A stretch of 64,000 nt of DNA from Prevotella sp. (GCA_031285625.1 JAITVV010000017.1:1-64000), one strand, 5' to 3'. Counted from the first letter of the stretch, positions 21,451 to 31,291 are shown. Program-made: numbers and translations. The notes: generated by a model from the sequence alone, not told the origin.

Positions 21451-22494
21451 CTATTTCCTTGTTAATTCTAACATAATTTCCATTTCACCGGCAAATTTGT
21501 CTGATGATATAGTCAGGACATAGCTATCCTTATACAAGGTATTTAGCCTCTCTCTAACTTTCAACAATTCCTTTTGCAACAAGATGCTATCAGCCATACC
21601 AAATATTTTAAGCAAAACCACAATAGCCTCATCCAGTATATCTATCCGTATCTCAATTTTCCGGTCAACTTCATCCTCTTCAAACGTATTGATCACATTC
21701 TGAACATAAGGCAAGAGAACCGAAGGGGGCACTAAAATTCCGTTTAAATTTCCTGTCACGCTTAATTCATAATCGAATTTAGGAGAACGCAATCTCTCCA
21801 GTTCCATAAAATTCCTTACAAAGGATATTTCAGAGTTAAGAAAAACCTGCTCCCTGTTACAGTCATATAACTGATAACGTAACAATTGTCCAAATTTCAT
21901 CAACATGGTGGAAGCTAGATCTGGTTCGGTCTTTACATAAGATTTGCTCCTGTTTAATACCTTAAAAAAGGATGCCGGATTGATTTGTTCCTTAAACTGT
22001 TCCACTTGTGAAGATTCCTGTTTAATTTTCAATTCATTAAGCTGTTGATTGGCTATCATCCAATTTTTTAAAAAGACCGGAATAAATATTCCGGAGATAC
22101 ATAACAGATGTAATACAAAAGCGGATATATTCTCAATTAACACAGTATCAGAAAACAGATCATGGCCATCGATATATGACTTATATGTAAAATATGATAT
22201 TGATAAATATAGAAGGCTGCATACGATAATAATAACAACAAACTGAAAATACTTACCTGATAACAGATATTTCACACCTATTTTCGATAATAGAAGTACA
22301 GTTACTAAATAAAGAAAGATATTAGCAGCCACAATCCAATAGATATCATTTCCCATCAGGTGGATAATATCTTGATACCCTAACAAGACATCATTAAGGG
22401 AGATAAATGTGAAAAAGATAATGAGAACTATGTATCTCCATATTCTGAATTTAGGAGAAAGTAGAAATTTATATATAAACGATTCCTGATTCAT
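21451..22494 (-). CDS. LytS-type histidine pseudokinase (module A)
   Basis: H-box reads QINPASFFKVLN (His absent), N-box YVQNVIN, no G-box; LLRYQLYD retained; ATG 22494 preferred because the TTG at 22503 lies inside a -7 box. Confidence 0.85.
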   Translation of the reverse strand: MNQESFIYKFLLSPKFRIWRYIVLIIFFTFISLNDVLLGYQDIIHLMGNDIYWIVAANIFLYLVTVLLLSKIGVKYLLSGKYFQFVVIIIVCSLLYLSISYFTYKSYIDGHDLFSDTVLIENISAFVLHLLCISGIFIPVFLKNWMIANQQLNELKIKQESSQVEQFKEQINPASFFKVLNRSKSYVKTEPDLASTMLMKFGQLLRYQLYDCNREQVFLNSEISFVRNFMELERLRSPKFDYELSVTGNLNGILVPPSVLLPYVQNVINTFEEDEVDRKIEIRIDILDEAIVVLLKIFGMADSILLQKELLKVRERLNTLYKDSYVLTISSDKFAGEMEIMLELTRK

Positions 22495-22666
22495 AAATAA
22501 CAAAAATAAGAGTACCGAAGCTACATATTCCTTGATACAAAAGTATACAGATTATCAATACAAACTCTGACATTACTCAATATATACCAGAGAATTAATC
22601 TCAATCCGTTCTAAATTACCAAACCTTTATATCTAACTCGTTATCAGTAATTATTCTTCCACACAC

Positions 22667-23479
22667 TCAATCTTCCCATTCAGCAGTAATGGTTCTCTGT
22701 TCGGCAGTACAGGCACTGAAATACCCTAACGCTCCATTACTGATATTTGATACCGGATTAGTAGGTGTTCCAACAGCATTTACTAAAGAATCGAAGAATT
22801 TATGAGTTCCTTTATCAACACATTGAAACTCAATAATCAGTTCATCGCCTTTCTTTATCGGATCGATATCCGAATCGTTGGCAAATACCCATAGATCCCA
22901 GTTGTAAGTTTGACCATCTCTAAATTCCAGACTTACAATATATTCGGTTAAATCCGGATTCTGTTTTCCGTTGATAAACAATAAAGCACGGTAATATTGA
23001 TTTATTTCGCCTACAGGATCTTGAAAACGTAACATAACGAAAGGATTATCCACCGCTGCAATTTTTTTCATTGTTACAGACTCTAATGGCACATGGGGAG
23101 GCATTTGTGAAGTTGCAGTATATTCCTGTCCTTCATATACAACAGACATATTGTATTTACGCCCAACTTTTCCTATTATCTTTTCTGCAGTATACCACCC
23201 GTTTGCACCTTGCTTCAGTATCTCTGAATTTCCCTGATCATCAGAGATGGTAACAACAGCTCCACTCAGATTCGGATACCCGTCATTATTATTAAAGTCA
23301 AGTGTATGGCTTACCCGTACTGTTGCCAGCTGATCTTGTTTTACTATACCTTCAATTGCAATTTTCGGAGGGACGGATTTCAGGTCTATGTCAATCTCTT
23401 TTTCGCAGGAAGGAAGACTCACAAGCAATATTGCTATAAGTATAAGTGTTATATAATCTTTTAATAATAAAGTATTCAT
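22667..23479 (-). CDS. DUF4249-like lipoprotein partner of the TonB-dependent receptor
   Basis: Lipobox LPSC-EKEIDIDL; C-terminal PTNPVSNISNGALGYFSA. Confidence 0.85.
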   Translation of the reverse strand: MNTLLLKDYITLILIAILLVSLPSCEKEIDIDLKSVPPKIAIEGIVKQDQLATVRVSHTLDFNNNDGYPNLSGAVVTISDDQGNSEILKQGANGWYTAEKIIGKVGRKYNMSVVYEGQEYTATSQMPPHVPLESVTMKKIAAVDNPFVMLRFQDPVGEINQYYRALLFINGKQNPDLTEYIVSLEFRDGQTYNWDLWVFANDSDIDPIKKGDELIIEFQCVDKGTHKFFDSLVNAVGTPTNPVSNISNGALGYFSACTAEQRTITAEWED

Positions 23480-23530
23480 AATTTATTGGTTGTTAAAGTT
23501 ATTTACCATGTAACAAAAAGATCTGTTACC

Positions 23531-25852
23531 CTAAAACTTGAAATTCCATGAAACGGATGGTACAAACGTAAATAAGGAATATTGGTAAGCAGTTGTTTTG
23601 CTCGGGTCTTTCGTGTTGGTCCGGAATTCTATCAGATATGCATTTTCGCGTCCATATGCGTTATAGAGTCCTAAAACCAATTCAGAATAAAACTTGGAAG
23701 TCTTTTTCAGTACACATGTTGCACCCAGATCGAGACGATGATACGCAGGCATACGGTAACCATTTCTCTCAGCATAATACATCAAATCTTTATCATTCAT
23801 CTGATATTTTCCACTCGGATAGGTTATCGCATTTCCCGTATAATATACCCATGCAGCAGACAATGACCATTTCGGACTGAGTTCGTACATACCAACAATA
23901 GAAATATCGTGTGTCCGGTCCTGAATTGCATTATACCATTCGCCATTATTTATACCATCTATCTTCTTTTCCGACTTGGATAAAGTATAACCTATCCATC
24001 CGGTGAGCCTTCCTGTACGTTTTTTCAACATTAGCTCTACTCCGTACGAGCGGCCTTTACCTGATAGGATTTCCGTTTCTATAACATCACGTCCCATAAT
24101 ATCCGCACCGTCCTTAAAGTCGAGTTGGTTTTTCATATCCTTATAAAATCCTTCGACACTAAATTCGAACATATTATTCGAAAAATTACGGAAGTAGCCT
24201 AAGGATACCTGATCTGCGATTTCAGGTTTTATTATATTGGAACTCATAGCCCACCTGTCAACAGGAGTTCCCTGAGGTGCGTAAGACAATAGGTGCATAT
24301 TTTGTACAGTACGTACATAAGCTGCCTTGACAGAAGAAACAGGATTTACTTTATAAACAGCTGATGCACGCGGTTCAAGGTTAATATGAGTTTTCACTAC
24401 TTTTCCAGATTTATACCATGTACTATCCATCACGTTATTATTGTTATCCATCGTATAATATTCCCCTTTGCCTAAAGCCATAAATGCAGACATCCTAAGA
24501 CCGTATATAACTTCCAGTTTATCACTAAGTTTTAGCTGGTTAGAGATATACACTCCGTTTTCGGACGAATAGCGGTGGTGCAGGTCAACAGTACTTCTGC
24601 TTTCTTCCGAGTCCAGCTTGAAGTTGCCAGGAGCCAGATCATGGTATGTTGAACTTACTCCGAACCGCCATCTGTTTCCAGAATTGTGCTGATAGATATA
24701 TTCATGTTTCAGGTTATAATCTTTTATATTTGATTTGCCATTCTCCTTAGACCCAATTTCCATCTCCATAAAATAGTCATACTGATTGTATGATAAGGTC
24801 GTTTTAGAATTCCACTTATTATTATAAGTATGATTCCAGCTTGCTGACAGAAATTTATTCCCCCAGTTTATTTCAGCAGCTTCTTTTATCTTCATCTTAT
24901 CTTTGCCCATATAACCTGATACAGTTATGCGGTCCTTATCAGAAAGTGCAAAAGACAGTTTTATATTCAGGTCATAGAAATACAGAGTTGTATTTTTTGC
25001 TTCTTCGATTCCTGCAGCCTTCCCTATAGCATCAACATAGGTACGTCTGGCTCCTATAAGGAATGATGATTTACCTTTTTGTATAGGACCTTCCACATTC
25101 AGATTAGATGAAATCAACCCGATACCTCCGGCTACATGATATTTTTGATTATCCCCTAGGCGCTGTTGCACATCTAATACAGACGATAACCGTTCTCCAT
25201 ATTGCGCAGGCAAAGCTCCTTTATAGAGAGTTACATCACGTAATACTTCCGAGTTGAAAGTTGAAAAGAAACCCATCAGATGGGAAGCATTATAAAGCGA
25301 TACATCATCAAGCAGGATAAGGTTTTGATCGGCACTACCACCACGTACATAAAAGCCTGAACTCCCCTCTCCGGCACCCTGTATACCGGGCATTAACTGG
25401 ATAGATTTTATAATATCCCGCTCACCAAGTAAGACAGGAAGTTTATTGATTTCATTTATCTCCAGTTTTTGAACGCCTGTAATTGGTGCTGTTACATTTT
25501 CATCTGGCCGCTGCGATGTTATGACGATTTCTTTCAGCCCAACAGAGGATTGTTTCAGTTCAATATTGCGGGTTGTATTTTTTGTCAGGGAAACTGTAAT
25601 TTCCTGATCTTCGAACCCCAAATAATGAATAAGTATAGTATAGGTTCCTTTTGGCAGTGTTAGCCAATACTTTCCGTCTTCATCAGAACTTACCCCTTTT
25701 GATTCCTGTCCTTTGATAACGACAGGTACTCCCACTAAAGTTTCCTGGGTTTCTTTATCCCGGATAAATCCATTGACCGTAAAATTTTGCGCGCTTATAG
25801 TGACTGACAGCAATAAAAAGCCTAAAAGGCTGAGGTGGCGTACAAGTTTCAT
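23531..25852 (-). CDS. TonB-dependent receptor (non-SusC type, module A)
   Basis: N-terminal carboxypeptidase-regulatory-like domain; plug YVRGGSADQNLILLD; YHRLDL; terminal Phe. Confidence 0.93.
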   Translation of the reverse strand: MKLVRHLSLLGFLLLSVTISAQNFTVNGFIRDKETQETLVGVPVVIKGQESKGVSSDEDGKYWLTLPKGTYTILIHYLGFEDQEITVSLTKNTTRNIELKQSSVGLKEIVITSQRPDENVTAPITGVQKLEINEINKLPVLLGERDIIKSIQLMPGIQGAGEGSSGFYVRGGSADQNLILLDDVSLYNASHLMGFFSTFNSEVLRDVTLYKGALPAQYGERLSSVLDVQQRLGDNQKYHVAGGIGLISSNLNVEGPIQKGKSSFLIGARRTYVDAIGKAAGIEEAKNTTLYFYDLNIKLSFALSDKDRITVSGYMGKDKMKIKEAAEINWGNKFLSASWNHTYNNKWNSKTTLSYNQYDYFMEMEIGSKENGKSNIKDYNLKHEYIYQHNSGNRWRFGVSSTYHDLAPGNFKLDSEESRSTVDLHHRYSSENGVYISNQLKLSDKLEVIYGLRMSAFMALGKGEYYTMDNNNNVMDSTWYKSGKVVKTHINLEPRASAVYKVNPVSSVKAAYVRTVQNMHLLSYAPQGTPVDRWAMSSNIIKPEIADQVSLGYFRNFSNNMFEFSVEGFYKDMKNQLDFKDGADIMGRDVIETEILSGKGRSYGVELMLKKRTGRLTGWIGYTLSKSEKKIDGINNGEWYNAIQDRTHDISIVGMYELSPKWSLSAAWVYYTGNAITYPSGKYQMNDKDLMYYAERNGYRMPAYHRLDLGATCVLKKTSKFYSELVLGLYNAYGRENAYLIEFRTNTKDPSKTTAYQYSLFTFVPSVSWNFKF

Positions 25853-26034
25853 ATTAGTTTTATTTTAAATACATTAATTAGTTTACAAAATTTATCAAAT
25901 GCACTGGATAATCCTTGTGACGAGCTGAATTCATCTTCAAGGACTTTTTCGAGCGCATTTATTACTTTCTCGCAATCGTCAATATCAACTTCTGATATTC
26001 TCGCGGTATTTTTTATAATTTCTTTTCTATTCAT
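25849..26034 (-). CDS. Mini HU/IHF-like protein (helical part only)
   Basis: MNRKEIIKNTARISEVDIDDCEKVINALEKVLEDEF resembles HU helices 1-2; ATGA overlap with the receptor start; homolog at 48945-49124. Confidence 0.75.
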   Translation of the reverse strand: MNRKEIIKNTARISEVDIDDCEKVINALEKVLEDEFSSSQGLSSAFDKFCKLINVFKIKLI

Positions 26035-26104
26035 ATTACTACAGAAGTGCCTCCTTATTAAAGAGGGCTAAACAGAGTTTGTGAAAGTATAGTTCTCAGT
26101 TTGT

Positions 26105-26695
26105 TTAAAAATATACGCCTGCTGTAACTGACAATATATTTTCCTTTACAGCATATTTGCCATCACTTGCTTTATAGTTCTCTGTTAAGCCCAAGCCATA
26201 ATTCACTCCAACCTGCAAAATGCGTAATAGTTCGACTCCGCCACCAATATTAATTCCTGCACCAAAAGACTTTGCTTTCCATTGTGTGTCCACATTATCT
26301 TTGATGTCACCGAATTTGTCTTTACCGGATATTTTGAAATCAATATATGGACCAGCAACCAGATAAGGCCTGGCCAAACCTATAGATGCAAAACGATATT
26401 TTAGATTTACAGGGAGTTCTATATAGCTCCTTTTGTACTTTTTGTCATCAGCTTTAAGTTTTATGCCTCTTTGTACATATAATAAACTAGCCTCAAGTCC
26501 CAGTGGGCCGATAAGGAAAAACTCCGCAGAAGGCCCGATAAAAAACAAAGTCATGTTTTTATCCATAAAGTCGCCAATGTTATCTCCAGTATAATTGGAG
26601 AAATTTGCACCGCCCTTTATTCCGTATCTGAATTGTGCCTGACAAGCCAATGTAAATAAACATAAGAATAAGAATGTGGTTAAGATTTTTTTCAT
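26105..26695 (-). CDS. Porin-family / outer-membrane beta-barrel protein
   Basis: Signal peptide MKKILTTFLFLCLFTLACQA-Q; YGIKGGANFS; YIELPVNLKY; terminal YF; ATG 26695 consistent with -7 box at 26740-26747. Confidence 0.85.
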   Translation of the reverse strand: MKKILTTFLFLCLFTLACQAQFRYGIKGGANFSNYTGDNIGDFMDKNMTLFFIGPSAEFFLIGPLGLEASLLYVQRGIKLKADDKKYKRSYIELPVNLKYRFASIGLARPYLVAGPYIDFKISGKDKFGDIKDNVDTQWKAKSFGAGINIGGGVELLRILQVGVNYGLGLTENYKASDGKYAVKENILSVTAGVYF

Positions 26696-26739
26696 GATTT
26701 GAATTCTATTTGTTTTTATTTTACTGCCTATTTTCACAG

Positions 26740-26807
26740 CAAAAGTAGATTCTTATTAAAAACATTTTTTGAAAATGAGACGAAATAGGGTATTCGTGAG
26801 ACGAAAT
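26740..26807 (-). promoter_or_regulatory. Bacteroidota promoter (-7 TACTTTTG) with 21-bp-spaced direct repeat, putative LytTR site
   Basis: TGAGACGAAAT at 26776 and 26797 (perfect 11-bp repeat); -7 box at 26740-26747. Confidence 0.7.
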
Positions 26808-27088
26808 GGGATTTTTTTCAATCCCTGAAACCCCAGTCTATAAATTGAGGGAAACCTTATTGGAATATTGGGATGCATAAAACCCATTAGTCGTTAACAG
26901 TAGTACAAAATTTAATTGAAATATTGATTTCTTTTCTTCTCTATCTTGAAAAGATGCTGTGATATATCCTGATAGGTAAAGTATCAGGAGTAGAAATGTT
27001 CTCTTTACCATTTTATCTGAATTAATTATTTCTTTGAATTTGAACGTTTCGAAGCAAAAGTATTTTGAAATTAGCTAAGAAATGAATC

Positions 27089-27155
27089 TGTTTGACGAAT
27101 GCAATCTTCCCTTTGACAAACGGTAATACACTTGAGAAGTAATGTGTTATCTTTG
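27089..27155 (+). promoter_or_regulatory. Promoter of the divergent two-component pair with 21-bp-spaced repeat
   Basis: TTTGAC at 27091 and 27112; -7 TATCTTTG at 27148-27155 just upstream of ATG 27160. Confidence 0.55.
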
Positions 27156-27159
27156 CAAT

Positions 27160-28185
27160 ATGAAAAATAAATCACCGGATGGAACTTTCTTTATTATCTT
27201 GTTCTGGGTAATATTATTTTCGCTTTGCTGTTTTCAGATAATAACACAGACAGAGTCAGCCTTAGCTGCTGTATTATTCTCGTTGGTACTTATTCTATGC
27301 TTGAGTTTCCCTCTGACATATATCAATCGCAAAATACTGGTTAAAACGATAAAAAAAGGGAAATATGCATTGTTCATTTTCCAGCTTATAGCTTCTTCTA
27401 TATTAAGTTCTGCAATTTTCGCCTCTCTTTTTTTCTTAATGGATACATTGGAAATAAAAGGAATATTTCCTCGCTCCGAATATTTTGAGTTAATATATCA
27501 AAACCCTAAGAATATCATTGAGTTATTCTTATCAATGGGGCTTACAATGAATCTTTGTGTATTCGGATTCTGCTTCGTCATAGAATACTTAAACTCACAA
27601 AAAGTTATTCTGGAATATCAACTTCGTACTCTCAAGCATCAGGTAACACCCCATTTTATGTTCAATGTACTCAACCATATACATGTATTGATGCGAACCG
27701 ACGTAAAACTGGCATCTACCTTATTAATAAAATACTCGGAAATACTTCGTTATCAATTATATAATGGAGAAGAAGAAAAAATGTCACTGGATCAGGAAAT
27801 TCAGTTCTTAAAGGATTTTATTACTGTTGAAGATGTTAGGTGGGGTGATAAGTTAACACTAAACTGTACATGGCAGATAGAAGATGGGAAAATAGAAATA
27901 CCGACATTACTATTTATAACTTTTATAGAAAATGCATTCAAACACGTTTCCAAATCAGATTTTGAGAAAGGCTATATAATTATTGACTTCAAACAACAGG
28001 GAGATACCATAACACTGATTGTTGAAAATTCAAAATCTGCAATCCAAGATAAATCTAACACATCTAAGGGATTAGGACTTAAAAATATAAAAGAACGGAT
28101 GGATATATTATATAATGGAAAACACCAGATTATAGTCAATGAAACAGATCTCGTATATCGGGTAAAAGTAATAATAGGATTATGA
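27160..28185 (+). CDS. LytS/YehU-type sensor histidine kinase (canonical)
   Basis: TM region; QVTPHFMFNVLN; FIENAFKH; GLGLKNIKER. Confidence 0.92.
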   Translation: MKNKSPDGTFFIILFWVILFSLCCFQIITQTESALAAVLFSLVLILCLSFPLTYINRKILVKTIKKGKYALFIFQLIASSILSSAIFASLFFLMDTLEIKGIFPRSEYFELIYQNPKNIIELFLSMGLTMNLCVFGFCFVIEYLNSQKVILEYQLRTLKHQVTPHFMFNVLNHIHVLMRTDVKLASTLLIKYSEILRYQLYNGEEEKMSLDQEIQFLKDFITVEDVRWGDKLTLNCTWQIEDGKIEIPTLLFITFIENAFKHVSKSDFEKGYIIIDFKQQGDTITLIVENSKSAIQDKSNTSKGLGLKNIKERMDILYNGKHQIIVNETDLVYRVKVIIGL

Positions 28186-28913
28186 CAGAAGAAATATCGA
28201 AAGCTAATAATAAAATACGCTGTTTAATTGTGGATGATGAATCAGTAGCTATCAAAGGGATTGCCGATTATATCAACGAACTGGATTTTCTGATAGTGGA
28301 TTCTACTTGTTCTTCTGCTATAGAAGCAGCAGAAATACTAAAGAACAGGGAAATTGATTTGATGTTTTTGGATATCAATATGCCTCATCTGACTGGTCTT
28401 GCTTTCCTTGAGACGTTGGCAAAAGCTCCCTTGACAATTATCACAACTGCATATTCAGAGTATGCGTTAGATGGATACAGGCTAAACGTGGTAGACTATT
28501 TATTGAAACCATTCGATTTTCAACGTTTTTTTCAGGCTGTAACAAAAGCAAGAGATTCGTTTGAGTCTCATAATGTAGAAAAGATTCCTGAAAGTTTGTA
28601 TATCCGGCAAGGCGATTCTTTTTTTAGAATTGAATGGAAAGATATTCTATTTGTAGAAGCAATGCAAAATTATTTGAAGCTACATATAAAAGATAGAATT
28701 TTGGTTATTCATCAGACAATGGCATCATTGGAAGAAAGACTACCCAAAGATGCATTCTTCAGAATACACCGGTCATACCTTGTAAACATATCTTCTATTC
28801 AATCAATCATGGGTAACTGTCTTTTTATAGATGGTAAATCATTACCCATATCACAAAGAAAAAAGGATGATCTGATGAATACCGTTGTATATAAAAACCT
28901 AATAAGTAAATAA
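28182..28913 (+). CDS. LytTR family response regulator
   Basis: IVDDE, FLDINMP, DYLLKP, FFRIHRSYLVN. Confidence 0.95.
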   Translation: MTEEISKANNKIRCLIVDDESVAIKGIADYINELDFLIVDSTCSSAIEAAEILKNREIDLMFLDINMPHLTGLAFLETLAKAPLTIITTAYSEYALDGYRLNVVDYLLKPFDFQRFFQAVTKARDSFESHNVEKIPESLYIRQGDSFFRIEWKDILFVEAMQNYLKLHIKDRILVIHQTMASLEERLPKDAFFRIHRSYLVNISSIQSIMGNCLFIDGKSLPISQRKKDDLMNTVVYKNLISK

Positions 28914-29096
28914 TATATAATATTTTAGATAAGCATAAAGCATTAATGTTTGATATAAAAATTTCATTTTTAGATTCACCCAATTCTATTCTTTTAATAT
29001 AAAACAGAAAAGTTCAACTTATAATGGTTTGATAAGGAAAATCACTATCTTTGTATCTGAATATTGATTGGATATAATCAAGTAGAAAAAACAAAC

Positions 29097-29493
29097 GGGG
29101 CTGACTGGCTTTGACAGCGAGATGAAGTGGTTTGTAAGCATGCAGTGCGTAGTCGGCTGGCACTATAATCTCAGACGTCAAAATTTTAACTGGCAATAAC
29201 AATTACGCTCTTGCTGCTTAATCGAAGTATAGTAGATATAGCTTAATCTCTGCACAGGTGTGGAGACAAGACATCGCCCGGAAGCTGTGGCTTCGAAGCG
29301 TGCCGATCAGGCGGTGCAGGCAAATCGGAGATAGAATAAGAGAAGCTTTGGCTTTTATTTGAAATTAAGAAGCTAAGGTTTGAGTTGGTAGCTTTGGTCT
29401 TGCTCACTCCCGACAATCTAAAGCGAAGATAAGCATGTAGAAAGCAAATTAGTTCCTTGTTTGGACGAGGGTTCAAGTCCCTCCAGCTCCACA
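29097..29493 (+). ncRNA. ssrA: tmRNA
   Basis: 5' GGGGCTGACTGGCTTTGAC; 3' T-arm and acceptor GACGAGGGTTCAAGTCCCTCCAGCTCCA; internal tag frame GNNNYALAA-stop at 29192-29221. Confidence 0.97.
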
Positions 29494-29550
29494 GATTGAA
29501 AAAGAAAAATGCATCTTACCCCTGTAAATTACACGTTTACAGGGATTTTT
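29478..29550 (+). repeat. attL, 73-bp direct repeat (ssrA 3' end plus terminator)
   Basis: 71/73 identical to 39805-39877. Confidence 0.95.
29519..29550 (+). terminator. ssrA intrinsic terminator
   Basis: CCCTGTAAA-ttacacg-TTTACAGGG hairpin followed by ATTTTT. Confidence 0.8.
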
Positions 29551-29757
29551 ATTTTCTGTAGTCAGCAAAAAACAGCTGTTTTAAGCATGTTTCACGTGCA
29601 AAATCGCTGCCACTTATTTTTAGACGTTAATGGCAGCACTTTTGCACTCGCTAATTTGGTAAATCGCAGTGAATCAAAGAGATGCAATGATGTGATTTTG
29701 ATATGATTGCTCCGGTTTCGTACTTTGTATTAATGAAAAATTTAAACATTTTAGAGT

Positions 29758-30807
29758 ATGAAAAGAGTAACTTTCAAAGTGTCCTTTTTTGTAAAAAGAA
29801 CCAGGATTGCAAAAAACGGAGAAGTGCCTGTTAAATTAAAGGTAACTGTAAATAAAGAGAAAATTGAAGTATCCATTAATCAGAAGATTAATCCTGATTT
29901 ATGGAGTTCAGTAACAGAGAAATCTACGGACAAAGATCGTAAATCGTTGGAAATTAACAGCCGGTTAGATTCTATCCGTTTCCGACTCATGGAAATTTAC
30001 CGGGAAATGGAAATCAACGGTGAAGAGATTAAAGTTGACAAGATAGTCAATAAGTATAAAGGTATTGAAACAGAGCCTAGGATTACCCTTCTTTCGATAT
30101 TTCAGGAACATAATGAAAGATGTCATAAACTGGAAGGCAAGGATATGTCACGTTCTACAATCATGCGCTATGAAACAGCTTATCGACATACTCAGGAGTT
30201 TATTCAATTTCAATATAAAAAGGAAGATGTCGATATTGAAGAGATAAATTATCAGTTCGTAAAGGATTATGAATTCTTCCTGAAGACAGAGCGGGACTGC
30301 AATCATAATTCGACTATGAAATACCTGAAGAATTTTAAGAAGATAATCCGTATTGCTTTGGCCAATGAATGGCTGAAAAAAGATCCTTTTATGAATTTTA
30401 AAATGACTTATGAGGAAGTTGAACGTGAATTCCTAGAATATCACGAGCTAGAGAAAATCATGCAAAAAGAATTTGAAATAGAGCGTTTGGCTAATGTGCG
30501 TGATATACTGGTCTTCTGTTGTTTTACAGGCCTAGCTTTTTCGGATGTAAAGACTCTATCTAAAGAGCATTTGGTAACTGATAATGAAGATGCATTATGG
30601 ATTCGTAAGCAACGGATAAAAACAAATAACATGTGTAATATACCTCTTCTTGATATTCCTCAGAAAATATTGGAGAAATATAGGACTCATCCTGTTTGCC
30701 AAAAGAAAGGAGTATTGCTCCCTGTTCTCTCGAATCAAAAGATGAATACTTATCTTCGTGAAATAGCTGATGTCTGCGGTATCAAGAAGACGATTACAAC
30801 TCACTAA
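29758..30807 (+). pseudogene. Tyrosine integrase (Bacteroidota arm-binding, SAM-like and catalytic domains), truncated at the HxxR motif
   Basis: FCCFTGLAFSD, RIKT, SNQKMNTYL; ends ITTH-stop-PRHS; no LGH...Y segment follows. Confidence 0.9.
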
Positions 30808-31004
30808 CCAAGACATAGTAATTATTCTTACAAGCTGAAAACAAGCAACTTGCAGAGACTTTATTCTTGACAGGTAACGGTTTAGAAACGAGCAAAGTTC
30901 GCTGTTTTACATCACGTTGCTTTTTGCAGAAATACAAAGAACGACTTACGATTGCAAAGATAGGAAAGTTTACTTAGCGAGGAAAATTATTGAAGTTTTT
31001 TATT

Positions 31005-31055
31005 GTGGTATACTTTTCAAGTACTAGGTGGACTACTTTTCAATTATATTATACA
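31005..31055 (-). mobile_element. Isolated IS21-family-like terminal repeat
   Basis: Minus strand reads TGTATAATATAA-TTGAAAAGTAGTCCAC-CTAGTAC-TTGAAAAGTATACCAC: TG terminus with tandem subterminal repeats. Confidence 0.6.
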
Positions 31056-31214
31056 CGTCCGGCTGGAATATCACGGACAAGTTCTCCTCCTAATTGCGGA
31101 TTCCTGCTTATCAGGTCTTCCGCCATTGGCGTAAGGTTTACACCCGGACAAACTGCATTTATACGGATTCCTTTAACGGCATAATCCATAGCTGCTGTAC
31201 GTGTCATACCGATT
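31056..31214 (-). pseudogene. Internal fragment of an SDR-family oxidoreductase
   Basis: IGMTRTAAMDYAVKGIRINAVCPG...IPAGR, cut at the IS-like end. Confidence 0.85.
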
Positions 31215-31291
31215 GAACTAAAATAAAATAAACATTTTAAAGAAAACAAATTTGTTTATTTTTATTATCTTTGTATATCAATACAATAGAT

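Noticed and set aside
22533-22566. ATACAAA repeats upstream of the module A pseudokinase as another LytTR site
   Set aside because: Spacing is 23 bp and the offset from the -7 box differs from the other four promoters; too AT-rich to trust
26967-26989. 8-bp inverted repeat TCCTGATA/TATCAGGA in the divergent intergenic region
   Set aside because: Single short palindrome with no second copy seen; no evidence for an invertible promoter
29014-29706. ORFs 29014-29202, 29243-29476 and 29509-29706
   Set aside because: They overlap tmRNA, attL or the integrase promoter; spurious
30805-30870. Programmed stop-codon read-through producing an active integrase
   Set aside because: Read-through adds only about 20 residues and does not restore the LGH box or a properly placed catalytic tyrosine
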